Of a stretch of DNA of 64,000 nucleotides, positions 25,965-40,015 are shown in pieces. The DNA comes from Podarcis erhardii (taxonomy: Eukaryota): the NCBI GenBank assembly GCA_964252035.1, contig OZ176200.1. The stretch is one strand, 5' to 3'. Each line of letters starts with the position of its first letter. Position 1 is the first letter of the stretch. The position numbers and the translations under genes were made by a program. The notes under the pieces are model-generated. The model made no database searches, was not told the origin of the DNA, and saw nothing but the letters and a program-made list of their open reading frames with translations.

Positions 25965-28900
25965 TCTTTCAAGACCACCGTTTCTTTCAAGAACACCAAA
26001 CTGGCGGCAGGAGGGCAGGCAAGATTGTGCAACGCACGCAGAGACAGCAAGCACCGCTGCACACTTTTCTGTGACATGAGCTTTCCTAGGGCAACAGCCT
26101 ACTTCGCTAGATGCATCTGGCGGACTCCCGATGGAGTGACCGTTCTTTCAATAAGCAGTAGATCGGGGGTGATCACGATGGATGTTAGACAGAATGTGAC
26201 AGAACTCGGGAGAGAAGGGCGAAAGGGAAATTCTTCCAGATCCCTCAATAACAACCCAAATAAAAGCAGAAACACATAAAACAAAGAAGGTTCTGGTAGA
26301 AGACAATTTAGACCTGTATTGCTAAACACATATCTGTGTACTGAGAACAAACATACTTAGTATGCTTGCTCAGAAGTACTACTGATTTCCTAAACGTGAT
26401 CCCTGGTAAACATGCCCACGCTTCAACCATCCTTGACAGTAAAAACCCATTGAAATTCATTGGATGAAATCTGGAAGCCACCCGCGTTGGTTTATTCTGC
26501 CTGTGAACCGTTTTACCGATTGGAACGGAACTTATGTTAATATTTACAAATTTAGGTAATCGGAGTACCGGGCCCTTTTGCTTTAGTGTAAATAAGACCC
26601 GGAACGTGAAGGCATTTGCTTAAGAAGTAAATCTCACAGCTTTTAACGGAACTTGGCTCTAGAAAACAATGATTGGATCGTAGAATTAAGCTCTTGTCCT
26701 AAAGTACAGTTGTGCTGGTCTCCTGGAGTGCCACATTGATGCCAATGGCGCTGATCCAGAAGAAAATTATGTACGCGGATTGCAACTCTTTTGCTTTAGG
26801 GTCTCAGTATAAAGTAGATTGGAGTACCTGCTTCCGGTAGAAAACGTTTGCAGTGGTTCCTATTCTTGCAAACTTTTACAGTGAGGTAGATTTTACAGTG
26901 AAATAGCTAGATTTGAATCGACCGGTTTCCACTGAAGTCAGCAGGATTAAAAGCCGGTCCCGATCCTGAACTTATTTCTGCTGAAATGAGTCTAAAGGCC
27001 GCCTGGTTGGAAGCAAGTTTCTTTGTAGCACGATATTTTCTCAGCAACCGTTTTCTCGAAAGCAGGAGCCACTGTGCTCAATGGGGCTTACTCTCGAGCA
27101 AGTGCGCATAGCGCTGCAGCTCCAGTATATCCTAGATCTGAATGTAAACGGGCTTAAATCACAGTGTTTACAGTGATATGAAATGGGCTGCATTCTTATC
27201 TTGTCCTCTCTGGAAAACGCGCTTTCCTGAAGCGCTTTTGGTAACTGCCCTTCCCCACCCCTATCCCTGCCGCAGGGGTGCAAAAACGTTTGAGCCTGAA
27301 GGGCGAGGCAGAGAGTTCCCTCCACAAGAAGCGAAGGAAGGTGCCCAGCACTGTTTTCCCCTTGCCAGTTGGCCAGCGGTGGAGCAGAGAACGGGAAGCG
27401 CCTCTCCAAGGCTGCTGCGTGCGCCTGGCGCGTTCTGTTGCGCGCAGCCTTCCTTTTTCCCCCCCCGGCGCACGGACGGCGTTGACAGCCGGTGCCCAAC
27501 CCTTGCACTTCCCTGCTGCAGCTGTCCCGGGCTTCTTTATCTCCGCTCATAACCCACAAAGCAAAGGTTTGCCTCCTCCCTTTCTCCCTCCTCTTTCCTT
27601 TTCAACTTTCCCCGAAGCATTGACACTTCAGATCTGTTCGTTACTCTTGGCCCAGCGTGCAACTTTATTGGGTGACCTTCACAATTCGACTCGGAGCAGA
27701 ATGATGTTTTGGCCACATTTCCCGGTGTTGCCTGACCCACAGCTTCAGGAATGCGATAAGGGGGCTGAGTTCTGAACCAGCCCTCTGATAGCGAGGGCTC
27801 TTTAATTAGGACTTTATCGGAGGCCGGGCTGATTAAAATGTGCTGAAAATAATTGAGATCTGGACATCTGGCGGAGAAGACAAATCTTCTGAAGGGATAC
27901 AATTGTTGGAGGAGCACAGCTGCATGGAAGAATAGAAGCGGCGGGGAGGGGGACGCGGACGGGGCAAGAGATTCAAAGCAGGAAGGTCCCCCCCGCCCCA
28001 AGCCTTGGCAAAACCGTCAAGGTAATATCTTTCCCACGGAGAAAACTCGTCTGAAACCTAAACTTCAACCTTGACTGATTCAAAGCAAGAACATTACATT
28101 CGTGCCCAAAACACTGTTTGCCAACTTCTCCAAATTCTTCCCAGCCACCCAATGAAACCTTGGTGTCCTGCCATAGTGCTCTCCCCTGCCCTCTCTTGCC
28201 TTCGCCTGTTTCAGCTAGAAAGACGCTGGTGGTTTGTTTTTATTCTGGATTATCGTTAACTTTCTTCTCTACATTTTTTTTAAAAATCATACTCTTCCTC
28301 ACCGTTGGTCTTGTGATGCAGTAATTAAAGCAAACCAGCATATTGTTATCACCAGCTTTCTCACTTTCGAGTATATAAAGATCGGGGATCTAAGTTTGAA
28401 TCTAAGGTATCTGGACGAACCTGTCACTCATCAGGACCAAGACTCACGTTGCCAAGAAACCCATATTTATCAATGCGCCCTTTTGAAAATCAAAAGTATG
28501 GATATTTATTTTCATTTCAAAACAGCAGTTATAAGAACTCGAATTCTTATTTTACAAGCATAACTGCCCTACCAAAGTAAATTATTTTCTTTCGCTATTC
28601 TGATTTAATATATAGCCTCTGGCTTCTGACAGAATTACCGTGTCTCGGACGTAGGACGTATGGACAAAATGCACGCCTCCAAAAGCGATTTCTCATCACT
28701 AAACAAGGCGAGGAGAACTAATTCAATTGTGGAACTTCTATTTAGCACTTTTCAACAACACTAATCTGATTTGTTAAAAACAGAATATAAAAGTTGCCGT
28801 TGATTAATGTGTCCACGGGAAAGCATGGATTTAGGATAAATTGTGCTAATTTCCCCTGCATTCTTTTAATGTTAACAATTACATTTATCCTGCTGTCATT

Positions 28901-31900
28901 CGAACTCTTTCCCTATATCTGTACACTTCAGCTAATCTAGAAAGATTCTTTTGCAACAACTAACAATAACTGACAACAAACATATTTCTGGTCTCACACA
29001 AAAAAAAAGGTGTAAGAAGGGATGTGAATTTTAATCGACACATGATAAAGTGATATAATGCAAAACAATTCTAACTGCAATGAGAGAATTCCAAAGCAAT
29101 GTTCTTCAAAAAAAATTACTGTATGTATTATATATGCATATATGTTCACAGGTATGTGCATGCATACATACAGGGAGAAAGATACACGAAGAACATGCAA
29201 CTGGATCAACATAGCAAGAGAAGTACTCTGAGGTTCTAATCACTTATATCTGAGTTTGCTTATTTCCTTCTCCTTCCCAATCAATTTTCCTTTTGTGTTG
29301 TGTATTTTCAAATTGCAAGTCTTTGTCTGGGAGCCTTTTTTGAACGAGGAGTGGAATAAAAATAATATCTAAATGAAAATAAATGAAAATCAACTGGTGG
29401 TGAACAGGTTGGCAGTTCACATCAAAAGAAATTGAATTGCACTTCTGTTCCATTCTGACAGTTCTGATTAATTTAACTACCCTCCCCCATGATACACAGA
29501 AACCCACACATTATATAGGAATCATCATCATGTGGAATTCGCTAAGGAGTCAGAAATTGTCAGACCCAATAACCAAACATCAGCATTCCAGTAGAGCAGG
29601 GTCCATAAAAAATTACTATTGACCCAGATGCAAGAACTTGACTGGGGGGAGGGAGAGGTTAACTGCTATTTAGAAAAGGAGTGGCTTCCCAAAATAATGA
29701 AAGAGATTGCCTCCCTAACCTAACATTTTGCAGAACAAAGCTCTAGGTCTTAAAACCCGCCAACAAGGTAACACTTCCTAAAAAGGATTTTAAAAAGTTT
29801 TCTCTCTCCTCACTTTATCCATGGAAGTGTTACAAATTTTAGCCATGCTGATTTGGTAACTTCCTTAAAATAATGATAAACTGAGTGGTTTCGTGCAAAA
29901 GTAAAACTTGGCGAACTGTATGAACTGTGTGAAGTACTGTGAACTGTTAATTCGATTAAATGAATTCTTACTGGAAATTAATCATACTTTGGGCTGCTCT
30001 GCATTGTTCCAGAACCGCATTTTCAAGGGACAATTGCAAAGTAAGCGAAAGGAGGTCCTTCGCTTTTCTGCAAGATGCCTTCCCTCCAAGACGCTGTTGA
30101 GAGCCTCAGTCGGTGTTGTATCGCAACAGATCAAGTTGCAGAAGCAACCACGAGTAATTATGGAATTCACAACAAATAATTCTCTGGAATTCACCAATAA
30201 TTATATAGTACTTCCACTTCATGCATCTGCTAAAGTAGGCTATTGCCTAGGAAAACTAGTCAACTAGTCAAGTCAACTCAACTCAGGGCGCAATAAACTG
30301 TTCAGGTGACAAACAATCCACCTGGATGTTCCCCCGAATTGAATTGGAGCTGCAGGGTCTAAGGTTAGGTCCCACTAATTTCGCAGTAGAGGACACGCCT
30401 TTCTCTTCTACATATAGGAATCTAGATGAAAACAAGAACAATTTAGCAGTTTAGTTGAATAATTGTTTCAAGCTGCTTCCAGTTTTACAGTCACCTGTTT
30501 TCCTGTTCCTAAATAGAAGACCAGCCAGAATAAGAATATGACTCGATTCGAGACAAATTTCCTTGAGTCAATGGGATTCTACATATTCTTATTTGGACGT
30601 GTCTTCTACCGAAATCAATAGAATTTATATGTCTAGGTCAATTTATTTGTTTAGGGTGCAGCAGAGGTTCCGAGCTTAACTGTTCTTATAAACTCCCGAG
30701 TCTAAAGAGATAATAGTGCAGTTCTACACACGTCTTCTCAGAAGTAAACCCCACTGAGTATCTTGCTACTTACTCCCAGGAAAGTGCGTTTAGGATCGCA
30801 GTTTGAGTCCTATGGATTTCAATAGAACTTACTACCACACACTTATTGCTGAGGATGGGAGGGGTTACTGTTTAGTACACCGTTCCCCTGAGAACTTACA
30901 CCTTTTAAACTATAGCTTTAATATATTCCTCTACAATATTGTGTAAAAATTGTTATTCAGCCAAGCTCTGCGCGGAAAAAAACCCACGCGTTTCAGCACA
31001 AGGCATTGCAGGTTTAGCTTCTCAATATGAGCAGGTCAGCCAATTGCCTAATGTTACCTTTCTCCCACCCCCGGCCCTTAAAAAAGAACGTTGCAGGAGG
31101 AAAGCCATTATATGATAATTTCCACCATCTCCAGTGCTTATACTGTAGACTGGCAGAAGAATCCTGCATGCAAGCTGCATAAGGTAGTTTATGGAATTTA
31201 GTTCCAGTCAAATCAATCTTAAAATTCCTCTTGGTAAGTGTCATTCCCGCGGTTTGGTTTCTGTAACATTAACCAAACATTTCGCAGGGTAATCAAGAGC
31301 GCCATTATGTACTTTGCCAGGATATCTCCAAGTAGCACTACAACCTGTTAGCTAAAAAAGGAACGAAGTGGGCGTGTGTTCAGAGCACGGATTTTAGAGT
31401 TTTACTAACACCAGGCACCACTGGAGTGAGAATAAGTAAACGAACGCTAACTGACAGGAAGACTGATATCCCAAAGAACTGTTAAAGATAGTTTACACAC
31501 ACATACACGGGGAATTTTTTGCACATGGGGTAAGGCAATAACAGCGAGTCTTCTCATAAACTCATTTAGGCTGCAATCCTATGTACACCTACATTCCTTA
31601 AGTACAGTTATTAGAAGAAAGTAAGTCCTGTTGAACTCAGCATCGCTACTAGGGTGGAGAAGTTTGTTTTCCTGAAACACCACTGAATCTACCTCTTTGA
31701 AGGCCGCTAGGAAAAAAGAAGTCTGCGGAGTTTATGCTCATCCGGTACTTGAACAGCCGGAAAGGCTAACACTAAAAATGGCAGCTACCACAAAATCAGT
31801 GCTAAGTGACTGTACAGTAGTGAATCTGTATCGCAGCCCCCAAAGAAGAAGCGCCGGATAACTTCCACCCCCTTCCTTCCAGCTTCATGTGGGGCGTTAA

Positions 31901-32716
31901 ATGTCATAATTGTTACACATGGCGAATACTTCAGGACCACAACTGATTAGAAGCTCCGACGCTTTGAATTGCAGTTTTGAAGCCGCAAACCCTCAAACCG
32001 CTTAATCTCGTAGTAATTTCTCTGCATGTGTGTGTGGGGGGGGGGACGACTATAATTCACAACGCAAGCTGGATAGGACACAATTAAAGACATGCACCAT
32101 TGTCGCCTATTATATGTTTTTTTTAAAAAAAGGTTAGAATTATCGTTTTAAATTACATGGGGTGAGTGCCGCTGGCTTCTAATACACCCCAACACCCAGC
32201 TCGGAAGTATTCACCTGCCGCCTGCTTAATCTGGTACCTATTGCTTTCCCCGTAGTCTGAAATGGGAAATTCCAGAGCAGCCGAACCTCACATTTCTAGC
32301 AACCCGATTTTTATCTTCCTTCAAAAGCAACTCCCGTTCGATTCCACATAGACCCGGCTGTCGTTTGGACTGAGAAGGGGTATATTTACAATGCAGTCAA
32401 ACCAACAATGCACATCCCTACAATGGTTAAGATTGCTGGCGTACTCTCAGCGAAGTACGGCTGCAATCCTAGGCGCACTCCCTCCGGAGGAAGGCTGCAG
32501 CGTGACTTGCCCCTGGAACTCGGCGGTACTTGCTTTCGCGTGGACTCGCATTGCAGCACGTGTGCGTCGGAAGACACGTGTGAACGGAACACCCGTGTGA
32601 ACTTTCCCCCTGAAATATCTAGATATTTATACACAGGCCGCCGTATATACCAACTCTTTATGTAACAACTGGGTTGTAGCAGCCCGTGGCTAAATGCGGA
32701 GAGCGGGGATAGCTCA

Positions 32717-34060
<1,344 letters not shown>

Positions 34061-34391
34061 CTGAATTCAGCCACCCGACCTAAACACACCCGGGTTTCTT
34101 TCCCGGGCAAGCTGGAGGCTGCTGAGGCGAAATGCTCGGAGGCTGGCTTGGCTCCCTAAGCGGCTTAGTTTGCGAAGGGAACTTTGACAAGGCTCAGGGA
34201 GAGAAAAGGCGCTTGGAAGCAGAAGATGCCCAATCCAGCGCCCGCCCGGCCTTTCCAAGGAAATGCCCCTCCCTGGATGAAACCCTGGGAGACAGGGCGG
34301 ACCACGCTGAGCCAGGCAATCCCCACGTGCCCACATAACACCTGTTCTCAATACTCGTCCTGCAGTGGTCCCAAAAAAAATAACCGATCTT

Positions 34392-34595
34392 GTAGTATGG
34401 CAGTCCTTACACTTTGGAACTCCCTGCCCCTTGACATCCGTCAGGAACTTTCGGAGAGCTGCTTAAAACATTTAGGCCAGCGTGTCCGGACATGGAGAAG
34501 TTATGTGTGTTTAGCTTATTGCTGATTTTACTTTTTGAATGTTTTGATACCGGCTTTTACAGTCAAGCGGTGCACAAAATTTGTTAAATAAATAA
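34392..34595 (+). mobile_element. Degenerate L2-like 3' end at the upstream edge of the CpG island
   Basis: TTTGGAACTCCCTGCC...AAGCGGTGCACAAAATTTGTTAAATAAATAA. Confidence 0.45.
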
Positions 34596-37500
34596 GGCGG
34601 ACCAGGAGTTTTAAAGCACGCCCCGCGGCCCGCAATAATTCTAAACAGAAGGTCCTGGGAATTGTAGCTCTGCGTGAATTGTAGCTCTCCAGGTCCCAGG
34701 ATTCTTTGGAGGTCCTTTAAATGCATGCTGTGTAGCAGCCTAGGCCTTCGGAGTATGTCCGTCCATCATCTAGAAGCACACAAGGATTTAAGAAGTTCTG
34801 AAATTAAAGACATCTGATTGGGTCGCAGATTCCCCTAATGCGCCCAGTGTTACGTGGCACAAATATACTCCGTCCTCTTCTTCTTCATCTCATATTCATT
34901 AGGTTGGCCGGCTGCCATCCGAGAGTGCTTCTTCCTGAATTTCACTGGAGGTCGAATCCTGCTTTAGGGCTCCCCTGCCATGTGCTTTTATGGAAGCCGG
35001 TCTAGCTCACGATGGCCTTAAGGCGCTGGTGAAGCTCATCTTGCAGCTCTACCTCTGAGCTGCGAAACAGGAAGCCTCCGATTCGAATCTCACCTCAGCC
35101 AGGAGGTCTCCCTCCCTCAGCATCCGTGGGTGCCCATCACCTTCCGAGCCAGTTAGATGAATTACAACCCGTTTCTAAGAACGATCAAGGGCACTGAACA
35201 GATGCACAGATGTCAAGAAGGTGACATCGGCTGAAATGAGGGAAAGGGGGACTCTGGCGATGTTCTAACAGGAAAAGTAGAACGAAAGGGAGAGCGACTT
35301 TTAAAGTAAATCACCGCTTCCTTCGCACTTCGTGGTTGTGTTAATATGCATCCAAACAGTAAAACAATGAGGGCGGATTCTCACTTCAACAGGGTTTGAA
35401 GCAGTTGTTGGCATCGGTGGTCTGTCCCGGGAGACAAAGGAGTGCGCCTCCGGGGATGAAGTCAAACCGCTGGAGGATCGCAGCGCCTGCTGTGGCTGCA
35501 GAGACCAGTAACTCATAATTGCTGCCTCCCGTATTGCTTTTGTCTAGTTAGGAGCACTGAAGTGACCTTCCTGGGATGCAAGCCTGGGCAGTGTGCACGG
35601 AGGTCCTGGGCTGCCCAGAATACAAGACTTCTTGGCCTCGCTGATGTGGTCCAAAGGAAAGCAGAGCAAAGTTTGGCACCAGTTCGGCTGCAAGAGTTGC
35701 TGGAAGAAGACGCCATCCTGCCGTCCCAGGGACTCATGATCCTGGATGCTGCAGACCTAAGGCCCAAATCATAGTGAAATTGCTCCACCAAACAGCTGAG
35801 CTGAACAAAAGGGAATGGGGGCACCATTTCCACGCCTCTGCCATCATTTCTTCCCAGACCTTATTATTGAAATGCCCTACAGACTACCTTCCCTACTAAA
35901 TCCGCCTCTTCTTCCTCCTCTAAGGGTATGCACGAATAAGGCTGCCATCCCAAGCACGCCTTACTCGGAAGCAAGTCCTTTGAAACCAGTGGGACTGACT
36001 TCTGAGTACAAATAATGAGGCTGCCTAAGAGAGCTCATTTGAGGAAGGTTTCTTCTTCTAATCCCGTGAACTGAAGAAGAGCTTGAAATTCACAGCATCA
36101 GCTGAGGCGGATCTGCCCTCTGTGGCTGGATCCCTGAGGTTACTTGAAGAAAAGTCATTTTTCACAAGTACCCCCCACCCTCAGTTCATTTTGCCCCTCC
36201 TGATTTTATTTTTATATCTGGTGTTGTCCCTGGTCGTCTGTATTGACCTATCAAGGATCTCCCCGCTCTCTTGCTTCCAGAATCGACTCGACACACTTTT
36301 GGTACTTGAGCCGAAGGGGTGGTGACCCTCCCGCTTTCCACATAAGTCGTATGTGCCTGAACCAGCAGGTGGATCTCACCGCCACACTAACAATACGACG
36401 ACGCAGCAGGTTCGCTTATGGGGAAGCAGGGCAGGCTGCCTCTACCCTCTCATTGATGCTCCAGGCATTCTAGCATCTGCTGCCTGAAGCACTGCCTCCC
36501 TCTGCCTAATGATAGGGACCCGGTTCACTACGGAGACCCTCATTTGAATCCAGGCCTTCTCAGACCATGCCTTCCTCAGTCCACTACACCGTGCAGCAGG
36601 CTCCTTTCTGAAATACAGGACTCATACCCTCGATCGAATTCGAATGAGGAAAAGGAGGATGTTGTGGACATAGTATATATTATTTACGGAGAGTAGTTGT
36701 GTTACTCCGGCAGTAGAAACCACAGAAGAGTCTTAGGGGCACCACAAAGACTTGACCCTTTTTTTCATTGTGGCATAAGCTGTTGTTGATTAGAGTCAGC
36801 TACGTTAGATCATGTAGCAACTGTATGTGTTATTGCTTCTACGACACTTTTCAGTGTACAGAGTGCTTGACGTGCACCTAATTCCTCAATGCAGCGAAAA
36901 GGATTTTCGTGGAGATTTTAAGGTCGGTCCAAAACCAACCCTCCAGATAGAGTGGACTTCTAAAGGCATCCCTTTAGTGGACTCTTTCCGACTAAATAAA
37001 CAGCCCCTTTGGTTCTCCTTCACTGTCCCTTCACTGCAAGAGATTGAAGGAAGGAAGGATGACAGACACTTCGTCCTAAGAACCTTTTGTCGCTCATTAG
37101 GGGGTTTGATCCGGAGCGACTCTGAAGAGGAGCTGCAATAAAAGAAACTGTGATTAGAGGGTGTTAGAGGGTGTTTGGCCCAGTAGCGGTCGCTCAACCC
37201 AACCTACTGCACAGGGTTTGTTGTAAGAGAAACGGCGAGTGACTTACTACAAGGAAATGTAATAAACAATACAGTTTAGTGGAAAGTGGAGTTCTGTGTG
37301 TCATGTACTTTATCTATTTAAATGCCCGCCAACCAGCAAACAGCTTAAGAGAAGGACCGCATTTGATTTCAAAACAATGAAAGTACTGTGTTCATGGAGT
37401 ATGATAAAACTCATCTCCAAATCTCCACATAGTTAATATTCAGATTTTATTTAGCACCCAAGCCCAAGCTTGTGCATTTATCTACACTCCAACTAACCTA

Positions 37501-39789
37501 TATAACATATAGAGGTGATGACTTTCTCTCCAAGCAATTAATTCCCGCAGAGACGAGGGGGAGGCAAGCAACACCCCCCAAAAAATCTCACCTCCCACCT
37601 GGCTTCCCATTTCTGAACTCCTGTCATTCATATATGCTGCTATTTTTCTTTGTCGCCCACTTAGAAGCACACTTTGTCCCTTCTGTGCCCACCCTGATAT
37701 TTTCCCCCTGGTCCCGCCACTGAACTCACGATCCTTAAAGGCGGCGGCGGGGGGGGGGGACTTTATTACGAGTGAAAATAGGAGCAGACGCTGACGCTAA
37801 TAACATCGACTCAGAAGTAAACCGCACTGAGACCAGTTGCACTTTCGCCGAGAGAATCTCAGCCTCAAGATGGCAGCCTGAGCCGTTTTTGACATCTGGC
37901 TCTGATGACAGCTCCTAACAGATGAAATTTAATGCAATAAACTTACCGGTGTATATTACAGGAGAGGAAGTAAAACGTTGCAAATCACTCTTCTGGTGTC
38001 ACGTGCAGTTTTTCAGCAGGTATTAAACAACCTAGTTAACATAACCCTCTCTAGGGGACAGGGTTACTTGGTACATGAAAAGGGCAACATCTAGAATTTC
38101 AGACTCAGCTTATGTGACTTTCTTAACATTCAAAACTAGTGCAGCAATGTATACCTTTTTAAAGGATCTTGTAAAGTTTGGATATGCATAGTTACTTGCA
38201 TATATATACACGCACATAATGCCCAAGTTTGTTTTGTTTGCTGATTTCTTTATTCATTGGACTATATAGTGCCCGGAAAGTGCAGTATTGCCAAATATCT
38301 TCATTTAAAAAATAGCACCCATATATTTCTCAGTTAAAAGAAAGTGCCGAATCAAACCAAGTCAGCAAAATTATTTTGTTTCCTGATCGTGTCTCTGTGT
38401 GCGTGTGTTTAGCTTCAGTATGAGATATGGTTTGTAAAGGACCTTTACTTCTCCTTTACACACAAAGAGAGAGACAGAGAGAGAGTGTGTTTTGGACACA
38501 TAATTCCAGAATTCAACTTTGAATGACTTTGGTAAGTTTATACCTTTCCCTTCTTAGACTGAACTCAGTTGCAGAGTGACAAATCACCTTTGCCTTCGGA
38601 GAGTGGTAAATGGTACAGAGTTCAAAAGCGCCCAAGCCTCCTTCTGCTCCTACACAAGCAGTAACAGGTAGGTGTCTATTTAATCGCTAGCCATCGCTTT
38701 CTGGGTTTCCCCTTGTTTCTGCCAATTCATTCCGATCTGCCGTAATATAGCACGTAAAACTGCAGTGGTTTAAATTGCAATGCTTGAGAAGTCCGATCCG
38801 TTCTGATAACTGGAAAGTTCATTTTAAACCCGGACACCGTGATCTTTTCCTTGCCAAACCGCACCGTCTCAAATAAATCCAGGTAGCATTTTTCTCAGCA
38901 CAGAATGAAAGATACTAAGTCAGAGCTTACCAGTATCTTTTTTGAGTACAGGCGGAGAGGCATCGCTGTTTTTAAACCACTTAATGGTTGTTGCTGTTGT
39001 TTTTTAAACCCCCCTACCCTAAACTATTGCGAAATCTTTAGCAATTCCCATTTGCTCTTCCCTCTAAACTGGCAAAGGCTCTTTTTAAGTACCGTAGAAC
39101 GAACCGAGATAATATCATCTGTCAACGACCCGTATCCCAGGTTCGCCATCGGCACTAATGAACGACCCCTGCGGCCCTAGATGGACCAGAGCTCTTTGCG
39201 AGGGCCATTGTTGTCTTAACCCTGTGTTAGCTTTTTTTTTTTTTTTTTTTTGTCCAGATTATAAATTGGTCGACCTTTTCTAGGTTAGCTTTTGTCTATT
39301 TACATAGTACAGTTCAGAGTTGTTATTGAGCTTTTGGCTTTCAAAGGAGAATAACCCGCCCTCAGACCTCTGGAAGGAGTGGGGAAGAATGAACCACACA
39401 GCCACTGGTTTTTAATCTGATTTCCGTCTAACTGAACGAAATACATTCAGAGCAGTGTGGTTTGGCTGGAGCTCAACATGGGTCACGCTGACTGATAAAT
39501 CCCCCCAAAAAACATGAAGTGGCAGGATCAAATTTCTGCCCCCTCTCGGCTAAGTTCTCCTTAAATTTTCCACTACCCCTTTGAAATGGATGGAACTGGC
39601 TTCCAATGGCACTTGTTGCCTACGTCGAGGAGAGGCTCAGAATTTCAGGAATGGAGACCATAACAGGGCTGGATGAAAGCCCATTGGCCGGTCAGTTTCC
39701 CCAATGGATCCCGTGTAAGATGGTCCCATCTCATGTTTTGCTTCTAGATCCTCATTCGCAGCATTTAAAAATAACTCCAATAGCAGATA

Positions 39790-40015
39790 CAGTGGTACCT
39801 CGGGTTACATACGCTTCAGGTTACAGACTCCGCTAACCCAGAAATAGTGCTTCAGGTTAAGAACCTTGCTTCAGGATGAGAACATAAATCGTGCTCTGGC
39901 GGCGCGGCAGCAGCAGGAGGCCCCATTAGCTAAAGTGGTGCTTCATGTTAAGAACAGTTTCAGGTTAAGAACGGACCTCCGGAATGAATTAAGTACTTAA
40001 CCCGAGGTACCACTG
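39790..40015. mobile_element. Tc1/mariner-type MITE, copy A
   Basis: TIRs CAGTGGTACCTCGGGTT / AACCCGAGGTACCACTG, flanked by TA on both sides. Confidence 0.9.

Noticed and set aside
27041-28074. Cluster of 120-170 aa ORFs in intron 1
   Set aside because: GC-rich patch, no recognisable domains, overlapping in several frames on both strands.
39470-39485. AGCTCA-n4-GGGTCA direct repeat as the retinoic acid element
   Set aside because: DR4 spacing with a mismatched half-site; not a canonical DR1/2/5 RARE.
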